Of a DNA stretch of 39,404 bases, positions 1 to 9,205 are shown piece after piece. The stretch is taken from the sequence record DRR723986_14244. The stretch is one strand, 5' to 3'. Positions within the stretch are counted from its first letter, which is position 1, and each line of letters starts with the position of its first letter. The notes beneath the pieces were generated by a model. It ran no database searches and was not told where the DNA came from. It was given only the letters and a program-made list of their open reading frames with translations. Position numbers and translations under genes: made by a program.

Positions 1-2
1 CA

Positions 3-1958
3 AAATATGCATCCCAGTTACAATTAACAGAAACATGGCAGCCAAAACGCTTGTTTTATAATACGTCATGGTGGCGTTATGGTAGTCGTGAAGCTTTTGA
101 TAAAATAGATAAAAGCAATATGCTAAAATTTGATATTGGTGTGTATTACCCAACAAAAGGATTATCAAATAATGAAGTAGCTTCAATGGCAAGTAGCCAA
201 CATTTATGTCAGGGATTTGGTAGATTAACCTCTCGTGGTACTCAAGAGGAATATATTGAGTTTCTTAAGGGTGATTCTTTAAATGGTAGTGAAGATGTCT
301 TTGCTGGTATTGACACTTCTTGGAATAGAATTGATAATGGCGCTGAAATTGGAGATATATTGAATGAAGTAGAACAGAATTTCAATTTCACTAATCCATC
401 ATCTCACCTTCCTCAGCTACTAGATGCCTATAAATTATTACAAAACATAAATGATCAACACTGGAAAAGTATAAAAACTAAAGAAATTAAGGCTATTATT
501 GAAGCTTGTGCTGGCTTATACCTAGAAGTGTCTTCTAATACACCAAATGCGTCACCTAATTCTACGGTGTCTCTTAGAATAGAAGCCTTAAACCGAAGTA
601 ATGCTAATATTGATCTAGTATCTTATAACCTATCCACACTTCAAAATGGTATTTCTAAAAATATGACTATGCCAGAGAATCAGCGTTTCAATTTTGACGA
701 AGGCATAAATATACCTAAGAATATTGGCTATACAACTCCATACTGGCTTAATAAACAAAGTACACTTGGTATGTATCATGTCGATAACCAAGAACTTATT
801 GGATTACCCGAAACACCAAGAGCCGTTTTTGTAGATTTTAATTTAAATATTGAAGGTACTCCTATAACCATAACAAAACCTGTGGTTTATCGTTACTCAA
901 AACCAGATAAAGGTGAATTATACAGGCCATTTGAAATTATTCCAGAAGTATCTGCAAGTTTAACTGATAAGGTTTACATTTTTGATAATGACCAACAAAA
1001 AGAAATTGAAGTCATTATAAAGGCAGGTCGTGATGCTACAGAAGGCTATGTACAAATTGCCTATCCTAATGATTGGAGTGTTTATCCTGAAAAGCAAAAG
1101 GTTGAAATTATTAATAAAGGAGATATTCAAAAAGTTGTTTTTACTGTAATTCCGCCAAAAGGTCAAAGTGAAGGATTAATTACACCTATGGTCAATATCA
1201 ATGATGAATATTATACAGATGAACTAATTGAAATTGATTATGCCCATATTCCGTTTCAAACAGTATTAATGCCGAGTGTAAGTAAAGTGGTTAGACTAGA
1301 TATTAAAAAACGTGGCAATAACATCGGTTACATTGAAGGTGCAGGAGATGTTGTACCAGAAAGTTTAAGACAAATTGGGTATAACGTAACTATCGTAAAA
1401 CCAGAACAAATTTCAGCAAATAACTTAGTGAATTTCGATGCCATTGTTGTCGGTATTAGAGCTTATAACATTCTAGATGAATTGAAATTTAAGCAGAAGT
1501 TTCTTTTAGATTACGTTAAGAACGGCGGTAATTTGATTGTGCAGTACAACACCAGCAGAAGATTAAAAACTGATAATGTTGCTCCTTATAATTTGAAACT
1601 ATCAAGAGACCGTGTTACAGATGAAAATGCATTAGTGAGAATTCTAGAGCCTAATCATCCAGTACTTAATTTCCCAAATAAAATCACAATTAAAGATTTT
1701 GATGGCTGGGTACAAGAACGCGGTTTATATTTTCCCAATGTGTGGTCTAAGGAATTTACACCACTTTTATCAATGAATGACAAAGGAGAGTCTTCAAAAG
1801 AAGGAAGTTTGCTTGTTGCTCAGTACGGAAAAGGCAACTACATTTATACAGGCCTAAGTTTTTTTAGAGAATTTCCGGCGGGAGTATCTGGTGCCTACAA
1901 ACTATTTGTTAACTTGTTATCCGCAGGGAAAGAAACCAAGCCCAAACTAAAAAACTAA
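3..1958 (+). CDS. PIG-L/LmbE-family deacetylase-like multidomain protein, C-terminal part (5' end lies outside the window)
   Basis: Frame is open from position 3 (KYASQLQLTETWQPKRLFYNTSWW). Motifs SSQHLCQGFG, GYIEGAGDVVPESL, GWVQERGLYF and YTGLSFFREFPAGVSGAY are typical of the long Bacteroidota PIG-L proteins with a C-terminal glutamine-amidotransferase-like domain. Confidence 0.8.
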   Translation, partial: KYASQLQLTETWQPKRLFYNTSWWRYGSREAFDKIDKSNMLKFDIGVYYPTKGLSNNEVASMASSQHLCQGFGRLTSRGTQEEYIEFLKGDSLNGSEDVFAGIDTSWNRIDNGAEIGDILNEVEQNFNFTNPSSHLPQLLDAYKLLQNINDQHWKSIKTKEIKAIIEACAGLYLEVSSNTPNASPNSTVSLRIEALNRSNANIDLVSYNLSTLQNGISKNMTMPENQRFNFDEGINIPKNIGYTTPYWLNKQSTLGMYHVDNQELIGLPETPRAVFVDFNLNIEGTPITITKPVVYRYSKPDKGELYRPFEIIPEVSASLTDKVYIFDNDQQKEIEVIIKAGRDATEGYVQIAYPNDWSVYPEKQKVEIINKGDIQKVVFTVIPPKGQSEGLITPMVNINDEYYTDELIEIDYAHIPFQTVLMPSVSKVVRLDIKKRGNNIGYIEGAGDVVPESLRQIGYNVTIVKPEQISANNLVNFDAIVVGIRAYNILDELKFKQKFLLDYVKNGGNLIVQYNTSRRLKTDNVAPYNLKLSRDRVTDENALVRILEPNHPVLNFPNKITIKDFDGWVQERGLYFPNVWSKEFTPLLSMNDKGESSKEGSLLVAQYGKGNYIYTGLSFFREFPAGVSGAYKLFVNLLSAGKETKPKLKN

Positions 1959-1970
1959 CAACTAACTATA

Positions 1971-2090
1971 ATGCACAACCAAAACCAACCACAACCGAAG
2001 CAAAAATGGGATAAGATGTATACCATTGTATTAATAGCAAATGCCTTATACATTGTTTTGTTTTACTTTATAACAGCATCATTCGCTTAA
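1971..2090 (+). CDS. Small single-TM membrane peptide, 39 aa (MHNQNQPQPKQKWDKMYTIVLIANALYIVLFYFITASFA); not in ORF track
   Basis: ATG 1971 to TAA 2090 nearly fills the intergenic gap. It starts 12 nt after the previous stop and ends 3 nt before the symporter ATG. It has one hydrophobic helix. Confidence 0.75.
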   Translation: MHNQNQPQPKQKWDKMYTIVLIANALYIVLFYFITASFA

Positions 2091-2093
2091 TTT

Positions 2094-3932
2094 ATGCAGC
2101 AAACTCTAGATTGGATTGACTGGACGGTTTTAATCGCCACCTTAGCTATTATCGTAGGCTATGGGACTTGGAAAACAAGAGGCAGTAAGAATGTTCAGGA
2201 TTATGTAAAGGGTGGAAACACATCAAAATGGTGGACTATTGGTTTATCCGTTATGGCAACCCAAGCCAGTGCAATTACTTTCTTATCCACTACAGGCCAA
2301 GCTTTTTCTGATGGTATGGGCTTTGTTCAATTTTATTTTGGACTCCCGATTGCAATGGTCATTATTTGTTTGGTATTTATACCACTTTATCATCGTCTTA
2401 AAGTTTACACTGCATATGAATTTCTCGAAAATCGATTCGATTTAAAAACAAGAAGTCTCACTGCTATACTTTTTCTTATTCAAAGAGGTTTAGCGGCTGG
2501 TATTACGATATTTGCTCCAGCAATCATTTTATCTGTTGTCTTAGGGTGGAATATTGTAACACTTAATGTTATAATTGGTGTATTGGTAATTATATATACT
2601 GTATCTGGTGGTACTAAAGCCGTTACTGTTACTCAAACGCAACAAATGTTTGTCATTTTCGCCGGTATGTTGGCTGCCCTTTTTGTAGTTATTGATTTAA
2701 TACCTGATGAAGTTTCATTTGTTGAAGCCATAGATATTGCAGGCGCAACTGGCAAGATGGAAGTATTGGACTTTTCATTTGATTTAGAAAACAGATACAC
2801 AGTGTGGACAGGCCTTATAGGTGGAACATTTTTAATGCTATCCTACTTTGGCACAGATCAAAGTCAGGTACAACGATACTTGTCTGGTAAATCTATGAAA
2901 GAAATGCAAATGGGCTTATTATTTAATGGTTTACTTAAAGTACCGATGCAATTTTTTATACTTCTTGTCGGTGTAATGGTATTTGTATTTTATCAATTTA
3001 ATCCTTCACCACTTAACTTTATAGATGCTTCTACACAAACTGTTTTAAAGTCTGAATACGGAAATGAGTACAGGGAATTGCAAGAGAAACAAGCAGACCT
3101 ATTTGATTTAAAACAGAAGATCTCGTTAGAACTAGCTAATAATTCAACTAACTATGAAGCTTCAAGAAAACAACTTGCAGCACTAGATATAGTTGAAAAA
3201 TCATATCGTTCAAAATCAAAATTCCTTATAAAAAAGGCTGTAGACCCAGAATATACAAATGAATACAATTTATTAGAAAGCGAATTGAATGCTCTGGCAT
3301 CTAAACCTGAAAGTTTAGAATATATTGAGAAGTCTACTGCATTAGAAAGCTTATACAAAGAAGCCGCAAGAGACACCCAAACTAACGATAGGGATTATAT
3401 GTTTATCCGTTTTATCCTTAACCATTTACCTAAAGGTTTAATTGGACTACTATTGGCAGTTATTTTATCCGCTGCAATGTCTTCTACAGCATCAGAAATT
3501 AATGCTTTAGCAACGATCACTTCGATAGATCTATATGGTAGAAATTTAAAAGAGGTTAAAGATGATGAGCATATGGTAAAAATGACCAAATGGTTTACAT
3601 TTGGGTGGGGAATTGTAGCAATTATAATAGCGTGTTTTGCCGATTTAGCTGAAAACCTTATTCAACTAGTAAATATTATTGGTTCCATTTTTTATGGTAA
3701 TGTACTAGGTATATTTTTATTAGCTTTCTTCTTCAAACACATTAAGGGTAATGCAGTTTTTATAGGTGCATTAATCACTCAGCTTCTTGTAATAGTTTTA
3801 TATGTGTTAGATAATGAAGGATTTATTAATTTACCATACTTATGGTTAAATCTCATTGGCTGTGTTATTGTTGTAATAATTGCAAACATCCTTCAAACGA
3901 CTTCAAAAAACAGGTCAATTAGTGCAACCTAA
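2094..3932 (+). CDS. Sodium:solute symporter (SSS) family protein
   Basis: Multi-TM protein with SSS motifs SVMATQASAITF, TAYEFLENRFD, YFGTDQSQVQRYL and SAAMSST. Confidence 0.93.
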   Translation: MQQTLDWIDWTVLIATLAIIVGYGTWKTRGSKNVQDYVKGGNTSKWWTIGLSVMATQASAITFLSTTGQAFSDGMGFVQFYFGLPIAMVIICLVFIPLYHRLKVYTAYEFLENRFDLKTRSLTAILFLIQRGLAAGITIFAPAIILSVVLGWNIVTLNVIIGVLVIIYTVSGGTKAVTVTQTQQMFVIFAGMLAALFVVIDLIPDEVSFVEAIDIAGATGKMEVLDFSFDLENRYTVWTGLIGGTFLMLSYFGTDQSQVQRYLSGKSMKEMQMGLLFNGLLKVPMQFFILLVGVMVFVFYQFNPSPLNFIDASTQTVLKSEYGNEYRELQEKQADLFDLKQKISLELANNSTNYEASRKQLAALDIVEKSYRSKSKFLIKKAVDPEYTNEYNLLESELNALASKPESLEYIEKSTALESLYKEAARDTQTNDRDYMFIRFILNHLPKGLIGLLLAVILSAAMSSTASEINALATITSIDLYGRNLKEVKDDEHMVKMTKWFTFGWGIVAIIIACFADLAENLIQLVNIIGSIFYGNVLGIFLLAFFFKHIKGNAVFIGALITQLLVIVLYVLDNEGFINLPYLWLNLIGCVIVVIIANILQTTSKNRSISAT

Positions 3933-4896
3933 AACAATTAATTGGGGAATAATAGGTGCTGGTAAAATCGCTAGTGAATTTGCTAAGGATATTATTACTG
4001 TGCCCAATTCCAAATTAATTGCAATTGCATCAAGAAGTCTTAAGAAAGCAAATCAGTTTAGTAAAGCATATAATATTGAAAAAGCATATGGTAGTTACAA
4101 TAAACTTGTTTTAGACAACACAATTGATGCAATTTATATAGCTACACCACATTCTTATCATAACGCTCATACACTACTCTGTTTAAAAAACCATAAAGCA
4201 GTTCTCTGCGAAAAGCCATTAGCCATGAATATAAATGAAGTTGAAGAAATGATTCAACTGGCGCAGAGCAAAAACACCTTGTTAATGGAAGCGATGTGGA
4301 CTGCTTTTCTACCTCATATTAGATTTGTAAAAGAACTAATAATCAATCAACACTTTGGAAAAGTGACACAATTAGATGCCGATTTTGGATTTAAACCTAA
4401 ATATGATGTAAACTCTAGGTTGTTTGACAAATCACTTGGCGGTGGTAGCCTTTTAGATATTGGTATTTATCCTGTGTTTATAGCGCTTTTAACTCTTGGA
4501 AAACCTAATTCAATTAAAGCAAATGCTACATTTTTTGAGACAGGTGTTGACGCGGATTGCAGCATTGAATTTACCTATAAAAACACCAAAGCATTTCTAT
4601 TTAGTACCTTTAAAAAAGAAACTACGACCACTGCAGTTTTTAAATGTGAAAATGGAAATATCATTATAAATGGTAGATTCCATCAACCGACATCAGTTAC
4701 ATTAATAAGTGATTCTGGTGAACGTATTGTAAAAGAGTTTAACTATTCAACCATTGGCTATAATTACGAAATTGATCACTTTAATAATCTACTTAGGCAA
4801 GATGTAAAAGAAAGTGATATAATGTCATTTGAATTTAGTAGAAATTTAATTGCTACCCTTGATAGTATAAGAGATAAAATAAATTTGAAGTATTAA
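3922..4896 (+). CDS. Gfo/Idh/MocA family oxidoreductase
   Basis: WGIIGAGKIA Rossmann motif, YIATPHSYH, VLCEKP and GGGSLLDIGIY. GTG at 3922 (overlapping the symporter 3' end) is a more plausible start than TTG 3880. Confidence 0.92.
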   Translation: MQPKTINWGIIGAGKIASEFAKDIITVPNSKLIAIASRSLKKANQFSKAYNIEKAYGSYNKLVLDNTIDAIYIATPHSYHNAHTLLCLKNHKAVLCEKPLAMNINEVEEMIQLAQSKNTLLMEAMWTAFLPHIRFVKELIINQHFGKVTQLDADFGFKPKYDVNSRLFDKSLGGGSLLDIGIYPVFIALLTLGKPNSIKANATFFETGVDADCSIEFTYKNTKAFLFSTFKKETTTTAVFKCENGNIIINGRFHQPTSVTLISDSGERIVKEFNYSTIGYNYEIDHFNNLLRQDVKESDIMSFEFSRNLIATLDSIRDKINLKY

Positions 4897-4924
4897 AAAA
4901 CGCAACCAAATGGTTGCGTTTTTT
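4895..4924. terminator. Bidirectional intrinsic terminator
   Basis: AAAAAA-CGCAACCA-AA-TGGTTGCG-TTTTTT between convergent genes. Confidence 0.9.
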
Positions 4925-4948
4925 GATATAACCTAATGAAAAGTCTTT

Positions 4949-5794
4949 TTACATTGCTCCCCATTCTTTTAAAGAATCCTTATTCATTTTAACGTAATCT
5001 GCGTTACCTGCTTTTTCTGCGCCTTCTAAAGATTTTTTAGCAGTAGCTATAGCATTTTTCTTATCACCTAATTTAGCATACAATAAAGATTGCTGTCTTA
5101 ATTGCCAGTATCTTGGAGTTTCAACCATAGACATTGCCTTATCCATCCATTCTTTAGCTTGCTTTAAGTCTTTCCCAGCAGTTAAATTATAAACTGCAGC
5201 AGCATAATAATCATTTGCAGATGGACCTGCCATAGTCTTTTCAATAGAAGATGACACCTTCTCATCAGTCGGAACTTCAAATTTTACAGCAGCATAAGTG
5301 TTTTCCCAAATAAATCCAATGTTTGCGGAATTATTTGATAAATCATCAAAACCAATAGTCCAAGTTTCTACGTTCATTGGCATTTCATAAACCTCAGCAG
5401 TTACTTTTGCAACAACTTTAGAATCATCCCATTCTTGCGGTGTTCCCCAATTTTCAGTATCCGAATAAAATACAATATTCCAAGATTTTTCGTTAGGTGT
5501 AATGAAAATAGCATAAGATCCTGCTTTAACATCATTACCACCTATTTTTACGCCATCACTAAAAGTTACCATAGTGTTTTTGTTAGCTCCTGCTCTCCAC
5601 ATTTTACCAAAGGGAACTAAATCACCAAATATCTTTCTTCCCTTCATACTCGGGCGAGAGTATTCTAAGGTTACATCAGTTAAACCTAGCTTCTGTTCTA
5701 TTTTAGTGAAAGGGCTTGGCTGAGGAGTTTCAATCTGAGCATTTACAGAAAACATTAAAGTTAACGCAAATGCAAAAAGTACTAATTTTTTCAT
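4949..5794 (-). CDS. DUF2911 domain secreted protein with C-terminal TPR-like helices
   Basis: Signal peptide ending VNA-Q. Motifs PQPSP, YSRPSMKGRKIFGDLVPFGKMWRAGAN and WENT. Confidence 0.85.
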   Translation of the reverse strand: MKKLVLFAFALTLMFSVNAQIETPQPSPFTKIEQKLGLTDVTLEYSRPSMKGRKIFGDLVPFGKMWRAGANKNTMVTFSDGVKIGGNDVKAGSYAIFITPNEKSWNIVFYSDTENWGTPQEWDDSKVVAKVTAEVYEMPMNVETWTIGFDDLSNNSANIGFIWENTYAAVKFEVPTDEKVSSSIEKTMAGPSANDYYAAAVYNLTAGKDLKQAKEWMDKAMSMVETPRYWQLRQQSLLYAKLGDKKNAIATAKKSLEGAEKAGNADYVKMNKDSLKEWGAM

Positions 5795-5933
5795 TTTGTA
5801 TAGTGTTAAGTGGTTGTTTTAATAGTGATATAAAGTTACAACTTAACAAAAGGCCTATTTGTTACGGAATACTTAAAAAGTTAATTATATAGAAAACTTA
5901 ATGGCCTCATTATATTGCTTTATAATTATATTA

Positions 5934-5949
5934 ATCGTAATATTGCAAT
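5934..5949. promoter_or_regulatory. Probable ArsR operator
   Basis: Imperfect palindrome ATCGTAAT-ATTGCAAT ending 17 nt upstream of the arsR ATG. Confidence 0.6.
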
Positions 5950-5966
5950 AAACAAATTAAAGCGTT

Positions 5967-6293
5967 ATGGGTGTAACCAAATCCGAAATATTTACTGATG
6001 TTCAAAATGAGATTGCTAATCTTGCTAAGGCATTCGCCCATCCTGCAAGAGTAGCTATATTGCATCAATTATTTAAATCAGATACATGTATTTGTGGGGA
6101 TTTAGTGGATGAAATTGGCTTGGCCCAAGCCACAATTTCTCAACATTTAAAAGAACTCAAAAATCATGGGTTAATACAAGGTAATATAGAAGGAACAAGT
6201 GTTTGTTATTGTATAAATCAAGAAAAATGGTTGCAAATGAAAGAATTACTAACGGCTTTTTTTAATCAGGACATAAAAGCAAACTGTTGCTAA
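5967..6293 (+). CDS. arsR: ArsR/SmtB family arsenic-responsive repressor
   Basis: [20 protein letters not shown] and [14 protein letters not shown] wHTH, with a C-terminal CC. First gene of the ars cluster. Confidence 0.92.
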   Translation: MGVTKSEIFTDVQNEIANLAKAFAHPARVAILHQLFKSDTCICGDLVDEIGLAQATISQHLKELKNHGLIQGNIEGTSVCYCINQEKWLQMKELLTAFFNQDIKANCC

Positions 6294-6304
6294 AAACACG
6301 AAAT

Positions 6305-6784
6305 ATGACACTATTAGAAATTAAACAAAAACTTAAAGCATTAGACACAATTGCGTTTAAGTTACCAAGTGGAGAATTAGTACCTAAACATTTTCACGTG
6401 ACCGAAGTAGGTAAAATAAATAAGCTATTTATTGATTGCGGTGGTACTATTAGAAATGAAGAAGTAGTTAACTTTCAATTATGGAATGCTAATGATTACG
6501 TTCATCGACTACATCCTGAAAAGTTAATTGACATTATTGAACTTTCAGAATCAAAACTCCATATTAATGAAAACCTTCCTATTGAAGTAGAATATCAAGG
6601 AGAAACTATTGGTAAATATAGCTTAGACTTTGATGGCAAACACTTTCTATTAAAATCAAAACAAACAGATTGTTTGGCTAAAGATAATTGCGGTATTCCG
6701 GTATCTCAATTAAAACCAAAAGCGAAACTATCAGAACTACAACAGGCATCATCTTGTTGTTCGCCAGATTCTGGTTGTTGTTAA
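6305..6784 (+). CDS. DUF6428-type protein of Bacteroidota ars operons
   Basis: HFHVTEVG, FIDCGG, TDCLAKDNCGIP and a CCSPDSGCC tail. ATG 6305 is preferred over TTG 6287. Confidence 0.78.
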   Translation: MTLLEIKQKLKALDTIAFKLPSGELVPKHFHVTEVGKINKLFIDCGGTIRNEEVVNFQLWNANDYVHRLHPEKLIDIIELSESKLHINENLPIEVEYQGETIGKYSLDFDGKHFLLKSKQTDCLAKDNCGIPVSQLKPKAKLSELQQASSCCSPDSGCC

Positions 6785-6802
6785 TTTCATCAAAACTATT
6801 TT

Positions 6803-7420
6803 ATGCTATATAAAACTATTCAAGACATTGTAAGCCATTTAGATATTAAAGAAATTTCTAAGGAGCGAAAAGAACTTTTACAATTGCTTATCGAATTCAT
6901 TCAAAATAAGATTAATAACGATGCTATTATAAATCTTAATTTTATTTGCACACACAACTCGCGCCGCAGTCATTTATCTCAAGTGTGGGCTCAAACTTTA
7001 GCACACTATTTTAATATTAAAAATGTATTTTGTTATTCTGGAGGTACTGAAGCTACAGCACTTTTTCCTTCTGCGGCAGAGGCGCTTCAATCTTCTGGCT
7101 TTAAAATTGACCGATTATCTTCTGAATCAAATCCTGTTTACGCAATTAAATTCTCCAAAGTGACTCACCCAGTAATTGGATTTTCAAAAACATTTGATGC
7201 TAACTTTAATCCTGCATCAGAATTTGCTGCGATAATGACATGCTCTAGTGCAGATAAAGGTTGCCCTTTTATTTTAGGAGCAGAAAAGCGTATTCCTTTA
7301 ACTTATGAAGATCCCAAGGCTTTTGATAATACTCCTCAACAAGCAGAAAAATATTTAGAAAGAAGCCTTCAAATTGCTACGGAATTAAAATATGTATTTT
7401 CAAACATTAAGGAAAAATGA
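6803..7420 (+). CDS. arsC: LMW-PTPase-fold arsenate reductase
   Basis: P-loop [19 protein letters not shown] and YEDPK, in ars operon context. Confidence 0.82.
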   Translation: MLYKTIQDIVSHLDIKEISKERKELLQLLIEFIQNKINNDAIINLNFICTHNSRRSHLSQVWAQTLAHYFNIKNVFCYSGGTEATALFPSAAEALQSSGFKIDRLSSESNPVYAIKFSKVTHPVIGFSKTFDANFNPASEFAAIMTCSSADKGCPFILGAEKRIPLTYEDPKAFDNTPQQAEKYLERSLQIATELKYVFSNIKEK

Positions 7421-8457
7421 AAAAGAAATTAAGCTTTCTAGACAGCTATTTAACCTTATGGATTTTCATAGCAATGGCAGTGGGAGTTGCTATTGGTTAT
7501 TTTATACCTTCATTTCCAAAATACTTAAATTCGTTTAATAGTGGCACTACAAACATTCCAATAGCAATTGGACTAATCTTAATGATGTATCCACCTTTGG
7601 CCAAGGTAAATTATGCCTTGTTACCAAAAGTGTTTAAGAATGTGAAGATTCTTTCAATATCCTTAGTATTAAACTGGATTATAGGCCCTGTGCTAATGTT
7701 TATTTTAGCAATTACATTTTTACAAGATCATCCAGAGTATATGGTAGGTCTTATTCTTATTGGTCTGGCAAGATGTATTGCAATGGTTTTAGTATGGAAT
7801 GATTTAGCTGAAGGCAGCAGTGAATACGGAGCTGGCTTAGTGGCCTTGAATAGTATTTTTCAAGTTTTTGCTTATAGTTTCTACGCTTGGTTATTTATAA
7901 CAGTGCTTCCTCCTTACTTTGGTTTTAAGGGCGCCATTGTAGATATCGCAATAATCACTATTGCTGAAAGTGTAATGATATATTTGGGAATTCCTTTCTT
8001 ATTAGGTATTCTAAGCCGTGTACTTTTGGTAAAATTAAAAGGTGAAAAATGGTACACCAAAACATTTATTCCAACAATTTCACCAATAACCTTAATAGCA
8101 CTGCTTTTTACAATTATTGTAATGTTTTCATTAAAAGGTGAATTAATTGTTGAAATACCTATGGATGTTTTAATAATAGCCATACCATTACTTATCTATT
8201 TTGCATTAATGTTCTTAATCGGATTCTTTGTGTGCAAAGCTATGAATGCACCATATGATAAAAATGCAGCAATTGCCTTTACATCAGCTGGAAATAATTT
8301 TGAATTAGCTATAGCCGTTGCAATTGCTGTTTTTGGACTTAATTCTGGTCAGGCTTTTGCAGGAGTCATTGGTCCATTAGTTGAAGTTCCTGTATTAATA
8401 CTGTTAGTTAGAGTAGCTTTTTGGTTGCGAAAAAAATACTATTCGGAAAAAGTGTAA
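7417..8457 (+). CDS. acr3: ACR3 family arsenite efflux transporter
   Basis: [33 protein letters not shown] and GPLVEVP. Confidence 0.95.
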   Translation: MKKKLSFLDSYLTLWIFIAMAVGVAIGYFIPSFPKYLNSFNSGTTNIPIAIGLILMMYPPLAKVNYALLPKVFKNVKILSISLVLNWIIGPVLMFILAITFLQDHPEYMVGLILIGLARCIAMVLVWNDLAEGSSEYGAGLVALNSIFQVFAYSFYAWLFITVLPPYFGFKGAIVDIAIITIAESVMIYLGIPFLLGILSRVLLVKLKGEKWYTKTFIPTISPITLIALLFTIIVMFSLKGELIVEIPMDVLIIAIPLLIYFALMFLIGFFVCKAMNAPYDKNAAIAFTSAGNNFELAIAVAIAVFGLNSGQAFAGVIGPLVEVPVLILLVRVAFWLRKKYYSEKV

Positions 8458-8478
8458 TAAGTTGAGACACCTTAATGA

Positions 8479-8536
8479 TGTTAAACTTTGTTTAACTTTT
8501 ATATTAAATAGTTAAACATTTGTATCTTTACATTGT
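8479..8536 (+). promoter_or_regulatory. Promoter/operator, copy 1 (TGTTTAAC-N14-GTTAAACA plus -7-like TATCTTTA)
   Basis: Perfect inverted repeat at 8489-8496/8511-8518. Ungapped match of 46/58 to 17973-18030. Confidence 0.8.
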
Positions 8537-8548
8537 AAATCAAATACA

Positions 8549-9205
8549 ATGCCAAAGAAAAAATCAATCACCGAAACTAACATCATCGAGTTCTACATGG
8601 ATTATATACTGACTCACAATGAACAACCGAAGTCTGTATATGCTTTTGCAAAGCTTAATAATTTTGAAGAACAAAAGTTTTATGAGTATTTCGGAACCTT
8701 TGATGCATTAGAACAGTGCATTTTTAAAATATTTTTGGATAACGCACATGCGTTATTAGAAAAAAGTGAGGACTATGTAAATTTTGACGCCAAAAATAAG
8801 CTACTGAGCTTTTATTACACATTCTTTGAAATACTTACTGCTAATAGAAGTTATGTAGTACATGTTTTAGATGGTAATAAGAACCAATTAAAATCTTTAA
8901 AAACCTTAGGTAAATTAAAACAACGTTTCATTAACTACATAGAGCATCTTAATATAAAAACCTTAGACCTAAAACAAGAACAATTACAACGATTTCAAAA
9001 TAGAAGTTTAAAGGAAACCGCATGGCTACAATTACTAGTTACTATGAAGTTTTGGTTAGATGATACTTCACCTTCATTTGAAAAAACAGACTTATTTATT
9101 GAGAAATCTGTGCGTGCAAGTTTCGATTTAATTGATACTACACCACTAAAGAGTTTAATAGATCTTGGTAAATTCTTGTATAAAGAAAAAATGCACAGTA
9201 ACTAA
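8549..9205 (+). CDS. TetR-fold protein (degenerate N-terminal HTH; C-terminus COQ9-like)
   Basis: SVYAFAK...FYEYFGTF HTH-like segment. C-terminal FWLDDTSPSFEKTDLFIEKSV. Confidence 0.75.
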   Translation: MPKKKSITETNIIEFYMDYILTHNEQPKSVYAFAKLNNFEEQKFYEYFGTFDALEQCIFKIFLDNAHALLEKSEDYVNFDAKNKLLSFYYTFFEILTANRSYVVHVLDGNKNQLKSLKTLGKLKQRFINYIEHLNIKTLDLKQEQLQRFQNRSLKETAWLQLLVTMKFWLDDTSPSFEKTDLFIEKSVRASFDLIDTTPLKSLIDLGKFLYKEKMHSN

